This document shows positions 8,636 to 16,741 of a DNA stretch of 42,167 nucleotides, one piece after another. The notes under the pieces are model-generated. The model saw only the letters and a program-made list of their open reading frames with translations, was not told the origin of the DNA and did not search any database. A program made the translations under genes and the position numbers. Positions within the stretch are counted from its first letter, which is position 1; the number at the start of each line of letters is the position of its first letter. The stretch lies in IMG/VR virus record IMGVR_UViG_2693429605_000013. The stretch is one strand, 5' to 3'. The DNA comes from a virus (Duplodnaviria; Heunggongvirae; Uroviricota; Caudoviricetes).

Positions 8636-9376
8636 TTAAAGTCGATTATATTTAATCGACTCATGAATCAGTGCCTTACCCATAACATAAAGCTGATCTT
8701 GCGACTTCTCATCAATGTACCATTTCTCATAGGCGGGGTTATCCGAAAGAACAGCTAGTTTGTTGCCTTGCATTTGTAGACGTTTAACATGGAAAGTCTT
8801 ACCGTAAACGAAAGAGTAAACTCCATCAGTCTGGAAGTGGCGAACGGAAATGTCGACAAACAATCGATCCCCGGAAACAAGAGTTGGGGACATACTATCT
8901 CCATTTACCGTCATAACTTTTATATCATTCTGAGAACGGTTTCCGAAAAGAGAACGGGCATGTTCAGTTGTGAACTCAATGGCGTAGAGCACATCAACAT
9001 AGTCTGAAAGCATATAGGTCCCAGGTCCTGCGCTAACGCTAAGATCCAAAACTTCTATCCTGTATACATCGGGCTTTGTTGGATTGGGGATGCTTGCCAT
9101 TTCCTTACATTCCTCTCTATCTCCAACACCATATTCTAGATATGAAGCTGATACTCCAAGAGCCAACGCAAGTTTACTCATGACAGAGACACGTGGCTTC
9201 GCTGCGCCGATTGTGTATCGACGAGCCATTTCATATGTAACGCCCACAAGACTTTTGAGTTGAGTGACAGAGATTCCTTTGATTGTCATCAATTCGTTTA
9301 GTCTCTTGGCGAAATCTGGATACTTCTGTTCTTCTACCATAGGTAGAAGATTACTCACATCACACGCGCTAGTCAT
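8636..9376 (-). CDS. CI-like prophage repressor (HTH XRE domain + LexA/S24 peptidase-like domain)
   Basis: N-terminal HTH (…IKGISVTQLKSLVGVTYEMARRY…) and C-terminal S24-like autocleavage domain (…VNGDSMSPTL…HVKRL…). Start taken at ATG 9376 (alternative ATG 9340); no SD, consistent with a leaderless PRM-type transcript. Track start at 9397 is TTG. Confidence 0.85.
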   Translation of the reverse strand: MTSACDVSNLLPMVEEQKYPDFAKRLNELMTIKGISVTQLKSLVGVTYEMARRYTIGAAKPRVSVMSKLALALGVSASYLEYGVGDREECKEMASIPNPTKPDVYRIEVLDLSVSAGPGTYMLSDYVDVLYAIEFTTEHARSLFGNRSQNDIKVMTVNGDSMSPTLVSGDRLFVDISVRHFQTDGVYSFVYGKTFHVKRLQMQGNKLAVLSDNPAYEKWYIDEKSQDQLYVMGKALIHESIKYNRL

Positions 9377-9378
9377 TT

Positions 9379-9438
9379 CTATTTTAAGTAGTTGCAATTT
9401 GCTATTTTAAGTAGCATCATCCCTCTGAATTTCAGAGG
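9379..9438. promoter_or_regulatory. Putative OR/PR-PRM operator region: two direct copies of CTATTTTAAGTAG (9379-9391, 9402-9414) and a perfect palindrome CCTCTGAA-T-TTCAGAGG (9422-9438)
   Basis: Repeats read directly from the sequence in the 70-bp divergent intergenic region between cI and cro; the palindrome overlaps the cro SD. Confidence 0.5.
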
Positions 9439-9446
9439 AGAAAGGT

Positions 9447-9710
9447 ATGTCATCTCAAAACTACACAGAGAAAGCAGTAAAGGCTGCGGGAAAGTCTTTA
9501 TCTGAAGTAGCCCGTCGCTTTGGTTTTAAGTCCACTCAATCCGTCGCCAATTGGGTAATTAACAATCAAGTCCCGTCAGAACGGGTTTTACAACTTTGTG
9601 AGTTGGGAAACTGGTCCGTGACCCCTCATGAACTGCGTCCTGATATTTACCCCAATCCAAATGATGGATTACCTGAGTGCTATTCAAAAGTTAGCGGTTC
9701 AACTGCGTAA
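9447..9710 (+). CDS. cro: Cro-like HTH regulator (YdaS-like)
   Basis: 87-aa ORF divergent from cI with AGGAGAAAGG SD and an HTH-like region (…SLSEVARRFGFKSTQSVANWV…). Confidence 0.7.
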   Translation: MSSQNYTEKAVKAAGKSLSEVARRFGFKSTQSVANWVINNQVPSERVLQLCELGNWSVTPHELRPDIYPNPNDGLPECYSKVSGSTA

Positions 9711-9738
9711 ACGTAACCACAGAAACGAGGAATGAACC

Positions 9739-10323
9739 GTGGGTAAAGAACCTGAATGGAAAGTTGATAAGCAACCAGCATGGCTGGTGGCAGCAATACG
9801 AAGAACGATTGCTGATTTACCTCATGGCTATGAGGAAGCAGCGGAAATTCTTGGTTTGTATAAATCTGATGATATCACCCCAGCGAAAGATCAATTGCAT
9901 AACAGACTGCGTAGCGGTGGGGATCAAATTTTTCCACTTGAGTGGGCCATGGTTTTACAGGATGCCAGTGGTACCAGGCATGTAACGGATGCGATAGCGC
10001 GTCGTAGTAATGGGGTGTTTGTGCCGCTGGTGGACATTGATGACATTGACAATGGTGACATTAATCAGCGGCTGATGGAGTCAATAGAATGGATTGGCAA
10101 GCATTCCCAGTACTTACGCAAGGCAACTGCTGATGGAGTTATTGACCAGGCTGAGCGTGAGCAAATCGAAGAGAACAGCTACCAAGTAATGGCGAAGTGG
10201 CAGGAGCATTTAACACTGTTATTTCGTGTTTTTTGTGCGCCGGAAAAGAGTAACGCCCGCGAGTGTGCAGCTCCGGGCGTCGTGGCGTCGATTGCTTCTG
10301 GTTGTGGAGAAACTAACGCATGA
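9739..10323 (+). CDS. CII-like / YdaT-family regulatory protein
   Basis: 194-aa ORF directly downstream of cro (the cII position); GTG start with GAGG SD. Family assignment is by position and size. Confidence 0.45.
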   Translation: MGKEPEWKVDKQPAWLVAAIRRTIADLPHGYEEAAEILGLYKSDDITPAKDQLHNRLRSGGDQIFPLEWAMVLQDASGTRHVTDAIARRSNGVFVPLVDIDDIDNGDINQRLMESIEWIGKHSQYLRKATADGVIDQAEREQIEENSYQVMAKWQEHLTLLFRVFCAPEKSNARECAAPGVVASIASGCGETNA

Positions 10324-10658
10324 ACAGTTTAACAACACACTACCGTCGCTCGCAACTGATTGCGCTTCCTGTACCGGGTGGAAAAGCGAAGGTGGAGTAT
10401 TGCTATGCGGTGAATGTACCAGGTGACAGGGAAATTGTAACCCACAGCTTTGCAGAGTGGGCTGTGGGTGATTTCAACCGGCAGAAGGAGACAGTCCTTT
10501 GCAACAAGTTAACCGCTGGTTCAAAGATCACTACGGAGTGCCCGTCAGAGTCATTCGTTGGGAACCGGAAACACAACGGGTTATCTACCTCCGCGAAGGC
10601 TATGAGCATGAGTGCTTCAGCCCGCTCGAACAGTTTCGTCGTAAATTCAGGGAAATAG
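10320..10658 (+). CDS. Hypothetical protein (112 aa); C-terminal third may be out of frame
   Basis: ATG overlaps the upstream stop (ATGA). The C-terminal part is low-complexity, while the alternative frame 10499-10678 reads as a more protein-like sequence with its own SD. Confidence 0.35.
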   Translation: MNSLTTHYRRSQLIALPVPGGKAKVEYCYAVNVPGDREIVTHSFAEWAVGDFNRQKETVLCNKLTAGSKITTECPSESFVGNRKHNGLSTSAKAMSMSASARSNSFVVNSGK

Positions 10659-10667
10659 AGGTCGGTC

Positions 10668-11609
10668 ATGAGCACTAAATTAACCGGCTATGTATGGGAT
10701 GGTTGCGCTGCGTCAGGCATGAAGTTATCCAGCGTGGCAATTATGGCCCGCCTGGCTGATTTCAGTAATGACGAAGGTGTGTGCTGGCCATCAATTGAAA
10801 CCATTGCCCGCCAGATTGGCGCGGGGATGAGCACCGTCAGAACGGCTATCGCACGGCTGGAAGCAGAAGGCTGGTTAACGCGTAAGGCGCGTCGCCAGGG
10901 TAACCGCAATGCGTCGAATGTTTATCAGCTTAACGTTGCGAAGCTTCAGGCAGCGGCATTTTCTCAACTGTCAGATTCTGACCCGTCAAAATCTGACGCA
11001 TCAAAATCTGACCAGTCAAAATTTGATGCGTCGAAATCTGGCAAAAAAGCGGGTTTTCACCCGTCAGAATCTGGCGGGGATCCGTCAGTAAAATCAAAAC
11101 ATGATCCGTCAGATAAAAAAACTTCTCGTCCGGACGCTTCGCAACCGGACACGCAGACGGCTGAACAGGAGTTTTTAACTCGCCATCCTGATGCGGTTGT
11201 ATTCAGCCCTAAAAAGCGCCAGTGGGGAACGCAGGATGATTTGACCTGCGCACAGTGGCTCTGGAAAAAAATCATCGCCCTGTACGAGCAGGCCGCCGAA
11301 TGTGACGGCGAGGTGGTTCGTCCCAAAGAACCGAACTGGACAGCCTGGGCAAACGAAATTCGCCTTATGTGTGTGCAGGATGGTCGTACTCACAAACAAA
11401 TCTGCGAGATGTACAGCCGCGTCAGCCGCGATCCGTTCTGGTGCCGTAACGTGCTCAGCCCGTCGAAGCTGCGGGAAAAATGGGATGAGCTTTCCCTGCG
11501 CTTATCGCCGTCCGTCAGCACGTACACCGAAAAACGCGAAGACCCGTACTTCAAATCCAGTTACGACAACGTGGACTACAGCCAGATCCCGGCAGGATTC
11601 AGGGGGTGA
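10668..11609 (+). CDS. Replication initiator, lambda O-like (N-terminal HTH, internal iteron region)
   Basis: 313-aa ORF; N-terminal HTH/winged-helix region; internal DNA iterons encode the repetitive SDSDPSKSDASKSDQSKFDASKS segment, as in lambda O/ori. Confidence 0.75.
   Translation: MSTKLTGYVWDGCAASGMKLSSVAIMARLADFSNDEGVCWPSIETIARQIGAGMSTVRTAIARLEAEGWLTRKARRQGNRNASNVYQLNVAKLQAAAFSQLSDSDPSKSDASKSDQSKFDASKSGKKAGFHPSESGGDPSVKSKHDPSDKKTSRPDASQPDTQTAEQEFLTRHPDAVVFSPKKRQWGTQDDLTCAQWLWKKIIALYEQAAECDGEVVRPKEPNWTAWANEIRLMCVQDGRTHKQICEMYSRVSRDPFWCRNVLSPSKLREKWDELSLRLSPSVSTYTEKREDPYFKSSYDNVDYSQIPAGFRG
10969..11125. repeat. Putative origin of replication: about six iterons of GTCAAAATCTGAC-like sequence at ~15-bp spacing, followed by an A-rich stretch
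   Basis: Direct repeats read from the sequence (GTCAGATTCTGAC, GTCAAAATCTGAC, ATCAAAATCTGAC, GTCAAAATTTGAT, GTCGAAATCTGGC, GTCAGAATCTGGC), then AGATAAAAAAA. Embedded in the O-like gene. Confidence 0.55.
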
Positions 11610-11611
11610 TC

Positions 11612-12100
11612 ATGAGTCTGTTAAATGACGTTCAGAAATTCATTGAAGCCCATCCGGGGTGTACTTCCGGAGACATTGCGGATGCTTTTACAGGTTACTC
11701 ACGGCAGCGCGTTCTGCAGTCAGCAAGCAAGTTACGTCAGAGTGGGCGTGTGGCTCACCGTTGTGAAGGAGATACACGCAGACATTTCCCGCGTCTGACT
11801 GAGAGAGCGCAGGAACCGGAACCACAACCAGTTCGTGAAACCAGACCTGTGCGCAATTTCTATGTCGGCACTAACGATCCCCGTGTGATTTTGTGCCTGA
11901 CCCGCCAGGCTGAAGAACTGGAGTCCAGGGGCTTATACCGTCGTGCTGCAACGGTGTGGATGGCGGCATTCCGTGAAAGCCACTCCCAGCCAGAACGAAA
12001 CAATTTTCTGGCACGTCGTGAGCGGTGCTTACGGAAAAGCAGCAAGCGCGCTGCATCGGGTGAAGAGTGGTATCTGTCAGGGAATTTCGTGGGGGCTTAA
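11612..12100 (+). CDS. Putative PerC-family transcriptional regulator with N-terminal winged-helix-like region
   Basis: C-terminal motif …LESRGLYRRAATVWMAAF… resembles the PerC/Pch family. ATG 11612 preferred over the track's GTG at 11606. Confidence 0.45.
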   Translation: MSLLNDVQKFIEAHPGCTSGDIADAFTGYSRQRVLQSASKLRQSGRVAHRCEGDTRRHFPRLTERAQEPEPQPVRETRPVRNFYVGTNDPRVILCLTRQAEELESRGLYRRAATVWMAAFRESHSQPERNNFLARRERCLRKSSKRAASGEEWYLSGNFVGA

Positions 12101-12753
12101 TGAGTAATAAATATTGCCAGGCGCTGGTGGAACTGCGGAACAAACCAGCCCATGAACTGAAGGAAGTGGGCGATCAGTGGCGCACGCCGGACAACATTTT
12201 CTGGGGAATTAACACCCTGTTTGGCCCGTTTGTTCTGGATCTGTTCACTGACGGTGATAACGCCAAATGTGCTGCGTATTACACGGCGGAAGACAACGCG
12301 CTGGCGCATGACTGGTCAGAACGTCTTGCGGAGCTTAAAGGGGCTGCCTTTGGTAATCCCCCATACAGCCGCGCCAGTCAGCATGAGGGGCAATACATCA
12401 CCGGCATGCGTTACATCATGAAACATGCCAGTGCCATGCGTGATAAGGGGGGGCGCTATGTTTTCCTGATCAAAGCTGCCACCAGCGAAGTGTGGTGGCC
12501 GGAAGATGCGGACCATATTGCTTTTATTCGAGGGCGTATTGGTTTTGAACTGCCTGCCTGGTTTATCCCGAAAGACGAGAAGCAGGTACCGACAGGCGCT
12601 TTCTTCGCTGGTGCTATTGCTGTTTTCGACAAGACCTGGAAGGGACCGGCAATCAGCTACATCGGGCGCGATGAACTTGAGGCATGTGGTGAGGCCTTTC
12701 TGGCGCAGGTTCGCCAGCAGGCAGAAAAACTGGTCAGGGAGATGGCGGCATGA
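12100..12753 (+). CDS. Phage Dam-family DNA N6-adenine methyltransferase (orphan)
   Basis: Contains the FGNPPY catalytic motif. ATG at 12100 overlaps the upstream stop (TAATG); no adjacent restriction endonuclease gene. Confidence 0.75.
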   Translation: MSNKYCQALVELRNKPAHELKEVGDQWRTPDNIFWGINTLFGPFVLDLFTDGDNAKCAAYYTAEDNALAHDWSERLAELKGAAFGNPPYSRASQHEGQYITGMRYIMKHASAMRDKGGRYVFLIKAATSEVWWPEDADHIAFIRGRIGFELPAWFIPKDEKQVPTGAFFAGAIAVFDKTWKGPAISYIGRDELEACGEAFLAQVRQQAEKLVREMAA

Positions 12754-13076
12754 CGACGTTAACTCAATGCCAGCAGCAGGTGCTGGATATGCTGATTTCT
12801 TATCAGAAAGAACGTGGCTTCCCGCCAACCAATCAGGAGGTGGCAACCATGCTGGGATACCGTTCAGTGAATGCAGCGGTGGAGCATCTTCGCGCACTGG
12901 AGAAAAAAGGCGTCATCACGATAAAGCGTGGTGTGGCCCGGGGGATCACGCTTCATACCGCAGTGAAGGACGACGACAGCGAAGCGGTCGGGATTATCCG
13001 CTCACTGCTTGCCGGTGAGGAAAACGCAAGGCTGCGTGCAACTCACTGGTTACATGAGAGAGGCCTGAAAGTATGA
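12750..13076 (+). CDS. LexA-N-terminal-like DNA-binding protein
   Basis: 108-aa ORF resembling the LexA winged-helix DNA-binding domain (…LISYQKERGFPPTNQEVATMLGYRSVNAAVEHLRALEKKGVI…) with no peptidase domain. Confidence 0.55.
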   Translation: MTTLTQCQQQVLDMLISYQKERGFPPTNQEVATMLGYRSVNAAVEHLRALEKKGVITIKRGVARGITLHTAVKDDDSEAVGIIRSLLAGEENARLRATHWLHERGLKV

Positions 13077-13462
13077 AGCTGATCCTGCCTTTCCCGCCCA
13101 GCGTGAACACGTACTGGCGACACCCCAACAAAGGGGCATTTGCTGGTAAGAGCCTGATAAGCGCGGCGGGGCGAAAATTTCAGAGCGCGGCGTGTGCAGC
13201 AATAGTTGAGCAGTTACGTCGTCTGCCAAAACCAACGTCGGCACCTGCTTCAGTGGAGATCGTGTTGTTTCCTCCTGATAACAGGATCCGCGATCTGGAC
13301 AACTATAACAAGGCACTGTTTGACGCCCTGACACACGCGGGTGTGTGGGAAGACGACAGCCAGGTGAAAAGAATGCTGGTGGAGTGGGGACCGGTTATCC
13401 CGGAAGGGAAGGTCGAGATCACTATCAGTAAGTACGAGAAAACGGCGGGTGCAGCCGCCTGA
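13073..13462 (+). CDS. rusA: RusA-family Holliday junction resolvase
   Basis: N-terminus MKLILPFPPSVNTYWR is characteristic of RusA; 129 aa. Confidence 0.9.
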   Translation: MKLILPFPPSVNTYWRHPNKGAFAGKSLISAAGRKFQSAACAAIVEQLRRLPKPTSAPASVEIVLFPPDNRIRDLDNYNKALFDALTHAGVWEDDSQVKRMLVEWGPVIPEGKVEITISKYEKTAGAAA

Positions 13463-13481
13463 TTAAGAGGAGAAACGAAGT

Positions 13482-14291
13482 ATGAATAATCTGATGGTCA
13501 TTGATGGTATTGAAGTTCGTCGTGATGCTTATGGGCGTTACAGCCTGAACGATCTGCATCGCGCAGCAGTAGCATCTGGTGCAAATGCCAGAACCAAGGA
13601 GCCAGGAAAGTTTCTTTCCAGCCAACAAACTGTTGAGCTTGTTCATGAATTGACCAACACCCAGAATTTGGGTGTTGACCCGGTGAGTGTGATTCATGGG
13701 GGAAATGAACGGGGAACGTATGTCTGTAAGGAACTGGTGTATGCCTATGCAATGTGGATCAGCCCGTCATTCCATCTGAAGGTGATCCGTACTTTCGACA
13801 TGGTAACCAGCGCACCGGAAAAATTATCCGGGCAGGCTGCTGACAAGATGCAGGCTGGTGTGATTCTGCTGGACTTTATGCGTCGGGAGTTAAACCTGTC
13901 TAACTCATCTGTGCTTGGTGCCTGTCAGAAACTCCAGGAGGCTGTTGGCTTACCGAATCTGGCACCGCGCTATGCCATTGATGCTCCTGCTGACGCGCCT
14001 GATGGCTCAAGTCGCCCCACGCTGTCGCTGAGTGCACTGCTGAAGCAATATGGTATCCGCCTGACGGCTAATCAGGCATATCACCAGATGGCGAAGCTGG
14101 GGATCGTTGAACAACGCGAACGATACAGCCGTACCGCGATTAACAACATCAAAAAATTCTGGTCGCTGACGGCGAAAGGCTGCATGTTCGGCAAGAACAT
14201 CACCAGTCCTGCAAATCCGCGCGAGACGCAGCCGCATTTCTTCGAATCCCGATTCCCTGAGCTGTTAAAGCTGCTCGATACCGTTCACTGA
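13482..14291 (+). CDS. KilA-N domain-containing protein
   Basis: N-terminal KilA-N-like region (…IDGIEVRRDAYGRYSLNDLHRAA…YAMWISPSFHLKVIRTFD…); strong SD AAGAGGAGA. Confidence 0.7.
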   Translation: MNNLMVIDGIEVRRDAYGRYSLNDLHRAAVASGANARTKEPGKFLSSQQTVELVHELTNTQNLGVDPVSVIHGGNERGTYVCKELVYAYAMWISPSFHLKVIRTFDMVTSAPEKLSGQAADKMQAGVILLDFMRRELNLSNSSVLGACQKLQEAVGLPNLAPRYAIDAPADAPDGSSRPTLSLSALLKQYGIRLTANQAYHQMAKLGIVEQRERYSRTAINNIKKFWSLTAKGCMFGKNITSPANPRETQPHFFESRFPELLKLLDTVH

Positions 14292-14306
14292 TGGGAGGCG
14301 TGGAGC

Positions 14307-14822
14307 ATGAGAATTACACCACCCCATCTGCAGCCAGTTTTATCCAGGGTTAAACGTTTTGTTGAACGAATGCCGGAAGGCGCAATACTGACCCAGATAT
14401 CACAGAAAGTGCAGGCGTACAGTCTGCTGAATAAAAGGGATAAGGAGATACTCATTGGCATTATCCGCGACAGTGGACTTCTGGTCGTTGCGAATGATGG
14501 AAGAACTACAACGTTACATCATCCTAAATTTGGACATCAGGCAGTAAATAGTGAAATACCAGTAAAAACAGAGGAACCCGTTGTGATTAAAAAGACCGTT
14601 ACTCCGGATGAATTACGCAGGCATGCTGAGGAGCTGATCAGGGCTGCGGAAGAAGCAGAGAAGAAATTTAATGATCGTGCGGAAATTAAAAAGCAACTGG
14701 ATCCTCTGAGACTGGAAATCCTCCAGGCGTATGGAATGGCAAGTCGTAAATTTGATGAGTTTGTTGATGCTATGGCGGATATGGGGAAAGCGGTACAGAA
14801 ACTGAAACAGATTGTGCTGTGA
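14307..14822 (+). CDS. Hypothetical phage protein (171 aa)
   Basis: ORF with GGGAGG SD in the nin-like region. Confidence 0.5.
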   Translation: MRITPPHLQPVLSRVKRFVERMPEGAILTQISQKVQAYSLLNKRDKEILIGIIRDSGLLVVANDGRTTTLHHPKFGHQAVNSEIPVKTEEPVVIKKTVTPDELRRHAEELIRAAEEAEKKFNDRAEIKKQLDPLRLEILQAYGMASRKFDEFVDAMADMGKAVQKLKQIVL

Positions 14823-14831
14823 GGTTCTACG

Positions 14832-15821
14832 TTGAGAGCACTACTGCCCCCTGAAATTGCCCCACGTATGGGGATCGTGTTGTTCAGGCCAGGTTCAGAG
14901 CTGATGCCCCTGTTTATGCAGGGGCGTGTCCTGCTGGAGCCTGAGCCGGAACGTTATTCATCTTTCGCCAGTGGTGCCGTTCCGGCGGCATCACAACCGC
15001 TGGCGGATGATCCTGTCGTTCGGGCCGTGTTCCGCAATGAGGCAGTGATCCGTCGTGCTGGTGGCGTGGAATGCCTTGAAAGCTGGTTACTTCGTGAAAA
15101 GGGCTGTCAGTGGCCTCATTCCGACTGGCACAGCGAGAACATGACCACAATGCGACACGCGCCGGGCGCAATCCGTCTGTGCTGGCACTGCGATAACCAG
15201 CTGCGTGATCAGTTCACGGAACGGCTGGAGTCAATGGCAACGGATAACTGTGCCCGCTGGGTGTTGTCTGTCGTGCGTCGGGATCTCGGTTTTGATGACA
15301 GTCACGTTGTGACAATGCCGGAACTGTGCTGGTGGCTGATTCGTAATGATCTGGCGGATGCCTTACCGGAAAGTGCAGCCCGTAAGGCACTGAGATTACC
15401 GAAGCCTGTTGTGCCGTCTGTCACCCGGGAAAGTGACCTTGTGCCTTCGGTTCCTGCCACCAGCATCATCCAGGATAAGGCAAAAAAGGTGCTGGCGCTG
15501 AAAGTGGATCCGGAGTCGCCGGAGTCTTTTATGTTACGCCCAAAACGTCGCCGCTGGGTTAATGAAAAGTACACGCGATGGGTTAAGACGCAGCCGTGCG
15601 CATGTTGTGGAAAACCTGCTGATGATCCCCACCACCTGATAGGTCACGGTCAGGGTGGAATGGCTACAAAAGCGCATGACCTCTTTGTGTTGCCTTTGTG
15701 CAGAAAGCATCACGACGAGCTGCATGCGGATACCGTGGCATTTGAAGAGAAGTATGGCTCCCAGCTGGAGCTGATATTTCGTTTTATCGATCGTGCACTG
15801 GCAATTGGCGTGCTGGCCTGA
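14832..15821 (+). CDS. DUF968-family protein with HNH-like C-terminal motif
   Basis: C-terminal Cys/His cluster (…CACCGKPADDPHHLIGHGQGGMATKAHDLFVLPLCRKHHDELH…); TTG start with GAGG SD. Confidence 0.65.
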   Translation: MRALLPPEIAPRMGIVLFRPGSELMPLFMQGRVLLEPEPERYSSFASGAVPAASQPLADDPVVRAVFRNEAVIRRAGGVECLESWLLREKGCQWPHSDWHSENMTTMRHAPGAIRLCWHCDNQLRDQFTERLESMATDNCARWVLSVVRRDLGFDDSHVVTMPELCWWLIRNDLADALPESAARKALRLPKPVVPSVTRESDLVPSVPATSIIQDKAKKVLALKVDPESPESFMLRPKRRRWVNEKYTRWVKTQPCACCGKPADDPHHLIGHGQGGMATKAHDLFVLPLCRKHHDELHADTVAFEEKYGSQLELIFRFIDRALAIGVLA

Positions 15822-15838
15822 TTTTGTGGAGAAAGTTG

Positions 15839-16180
15839 ATGCGTGATATGTATGAAGTATTGGACCGCTGGGGTGCATGGGCTGCAGCAGATAACAGTGG
15901 TGTGGACTGGCAGCCTGTTGCTGCAGGGTTTAAAGGTTTACTACCTCATGGAAAGAAAACACGCCAACAATGCGATGATGATGAAGGAATCATGATTGAC
16001 AGCTGTGTTGCGCGATTGCGGAAATATAAGCCCGAAGAGTATGAGTTGGTTATTGCTCATTTTGTTATCGGCATCTCACTAAGAACTATTGCAAAGAAGC
16101 AGAAGTGTTCTGATGGGACAATAAGAAAAGAGTTGCAAACAGCTCTTGGTTTTCTGGATGGTGTGCTTTCAATGTTGTAA
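15839..16180 (+). CDS. Q-like late-gene antitermination protein (short form with sigma-70 region-4-like HTH)
   Basis: Position immediately upstream of the late region; C-terminal HTH-like segment (…ELVIAHFVIGISLRTIAKKQKCSDGTIRKELQ…). ATG at 15839 with GGAG SD. Confidence 0.55.
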   Translation: MRDMYEVLDRWGAWAAADNSGVDWQPVAAGFKGLLPHGKKTRQQCDDDEGIMIDSCVARLRKYKPEEYELVIAHFVIGISLRTIAKKQKCSDGTIRKELQTALGFLDGVLSML

Positions 16181-16185
16181 TATTA

Positions 16186-16208
16186 GGGGGAATTACCCCC
16201 CTTTTTTT
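16186..16208 (+). terminator. Rho-independent terminator (GGGGG-AATTA-CCCCC plus T7), possibly bidirectional
   Basis: Perfect GC stem followed by a T-run directly after the Q-like gene; overlaps the stop codon of the convergent membrane-protein gene. Confidence 0.6.
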
Positions 16209-16741
16209 CTCTGTTGCTTTAATAAAATTTTAATATTTTGTCTGATTATGATGAGGCAATGTAATAAAAGAAATACCGTTAGTATTGCAAGCCATACGCA
16301 AAATAAGCATGCATATAAATTAGTTGAAAGTCCAATAGTGAATTGTGCAATTGCTGTTGTGATAGAACATAATATTGATGTATTAATAAATGAGGATAAA
16401 TTGTCTAAAGGTTTATAAAGTACACTATCATTGATTTTGTCAATAGGTATACCAGTGGCAATGCTATAAATTTCCTTATATTCCTGAGTTGCAAAAACCT
16501 TATCGCGTAAATTTATTATGACAAAGGTATGCAGGCTCAATAAAAATGAGCCCACGGAAATAAAACCGGAGAAGAGATAGCCTCGTAAGTTTTTATGATA
16601 AAAATCAAAAAAGTTAACACTTACTTTAGGTGTGTTTCTGTACAATAGGTAAAGTGCAAGCAATGCCAGGATCGAGAATGCAAGCAGTGTAAGGTACTGA
16701 TACCTCAATCTTTTATTTATTAGCCATTCATATAAAGGCAT
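16193..16741 (-). CDS. Polytopic membrane protein (four predicted TM helices); second gene of AT-rich two-gene cassette
   Basis: 182-aa ORF with four hydrophobic stretches and a basic C-terminus (…RQNIKILLKQQRKKGG). ATG start overlaps the upstream gene by 14 nt. Very low GC. Confidence 0.7.
   Translation of the reverse strand: MPLYEWLINKRLRYQYLTLLAFSILALLALYLLYRNTPKVSVNFFDFYHKNLRGYLFSGFISVGSFLLSLHTFVIINLRDKVFATQEYKEIYSIATGIPIDKINDSVLYKPLDNLSSFINTSILCSITTAIAQFTIGLSTNLYACLFCVWLAILTVFLLLHCLIIIRQNIKILLKQQRKKGG

Noticed and set aside
9764-9985. Alternative-frame ORF within the CII/YdaT-like gene
   Set aside because: Fully contained in another frame of a better-supported ORF.
10688-12309. Minus-strand and alternative-frame ORFs across the O-like and PerC-like genes (e.g. 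10688-10909, 11057-11326, 11175-11399, 11302-11628, 11860-12045, 12097-12309)
   Set aside because: All antisense or overlapping the plus-strand replication/nin genes, which are translationally coupled; GC-rich sequence gives many chance ORFs.
12316-13697. Minus-strand ORFs 12316-12897, 13050-13334 and 13425-13697, and plus ORF 12506-13018
   Set aside because: They overlap the methyltransferase, LexA-like and RusA genes in other frames, and their translations are Arg/Pro/Ser-rich.
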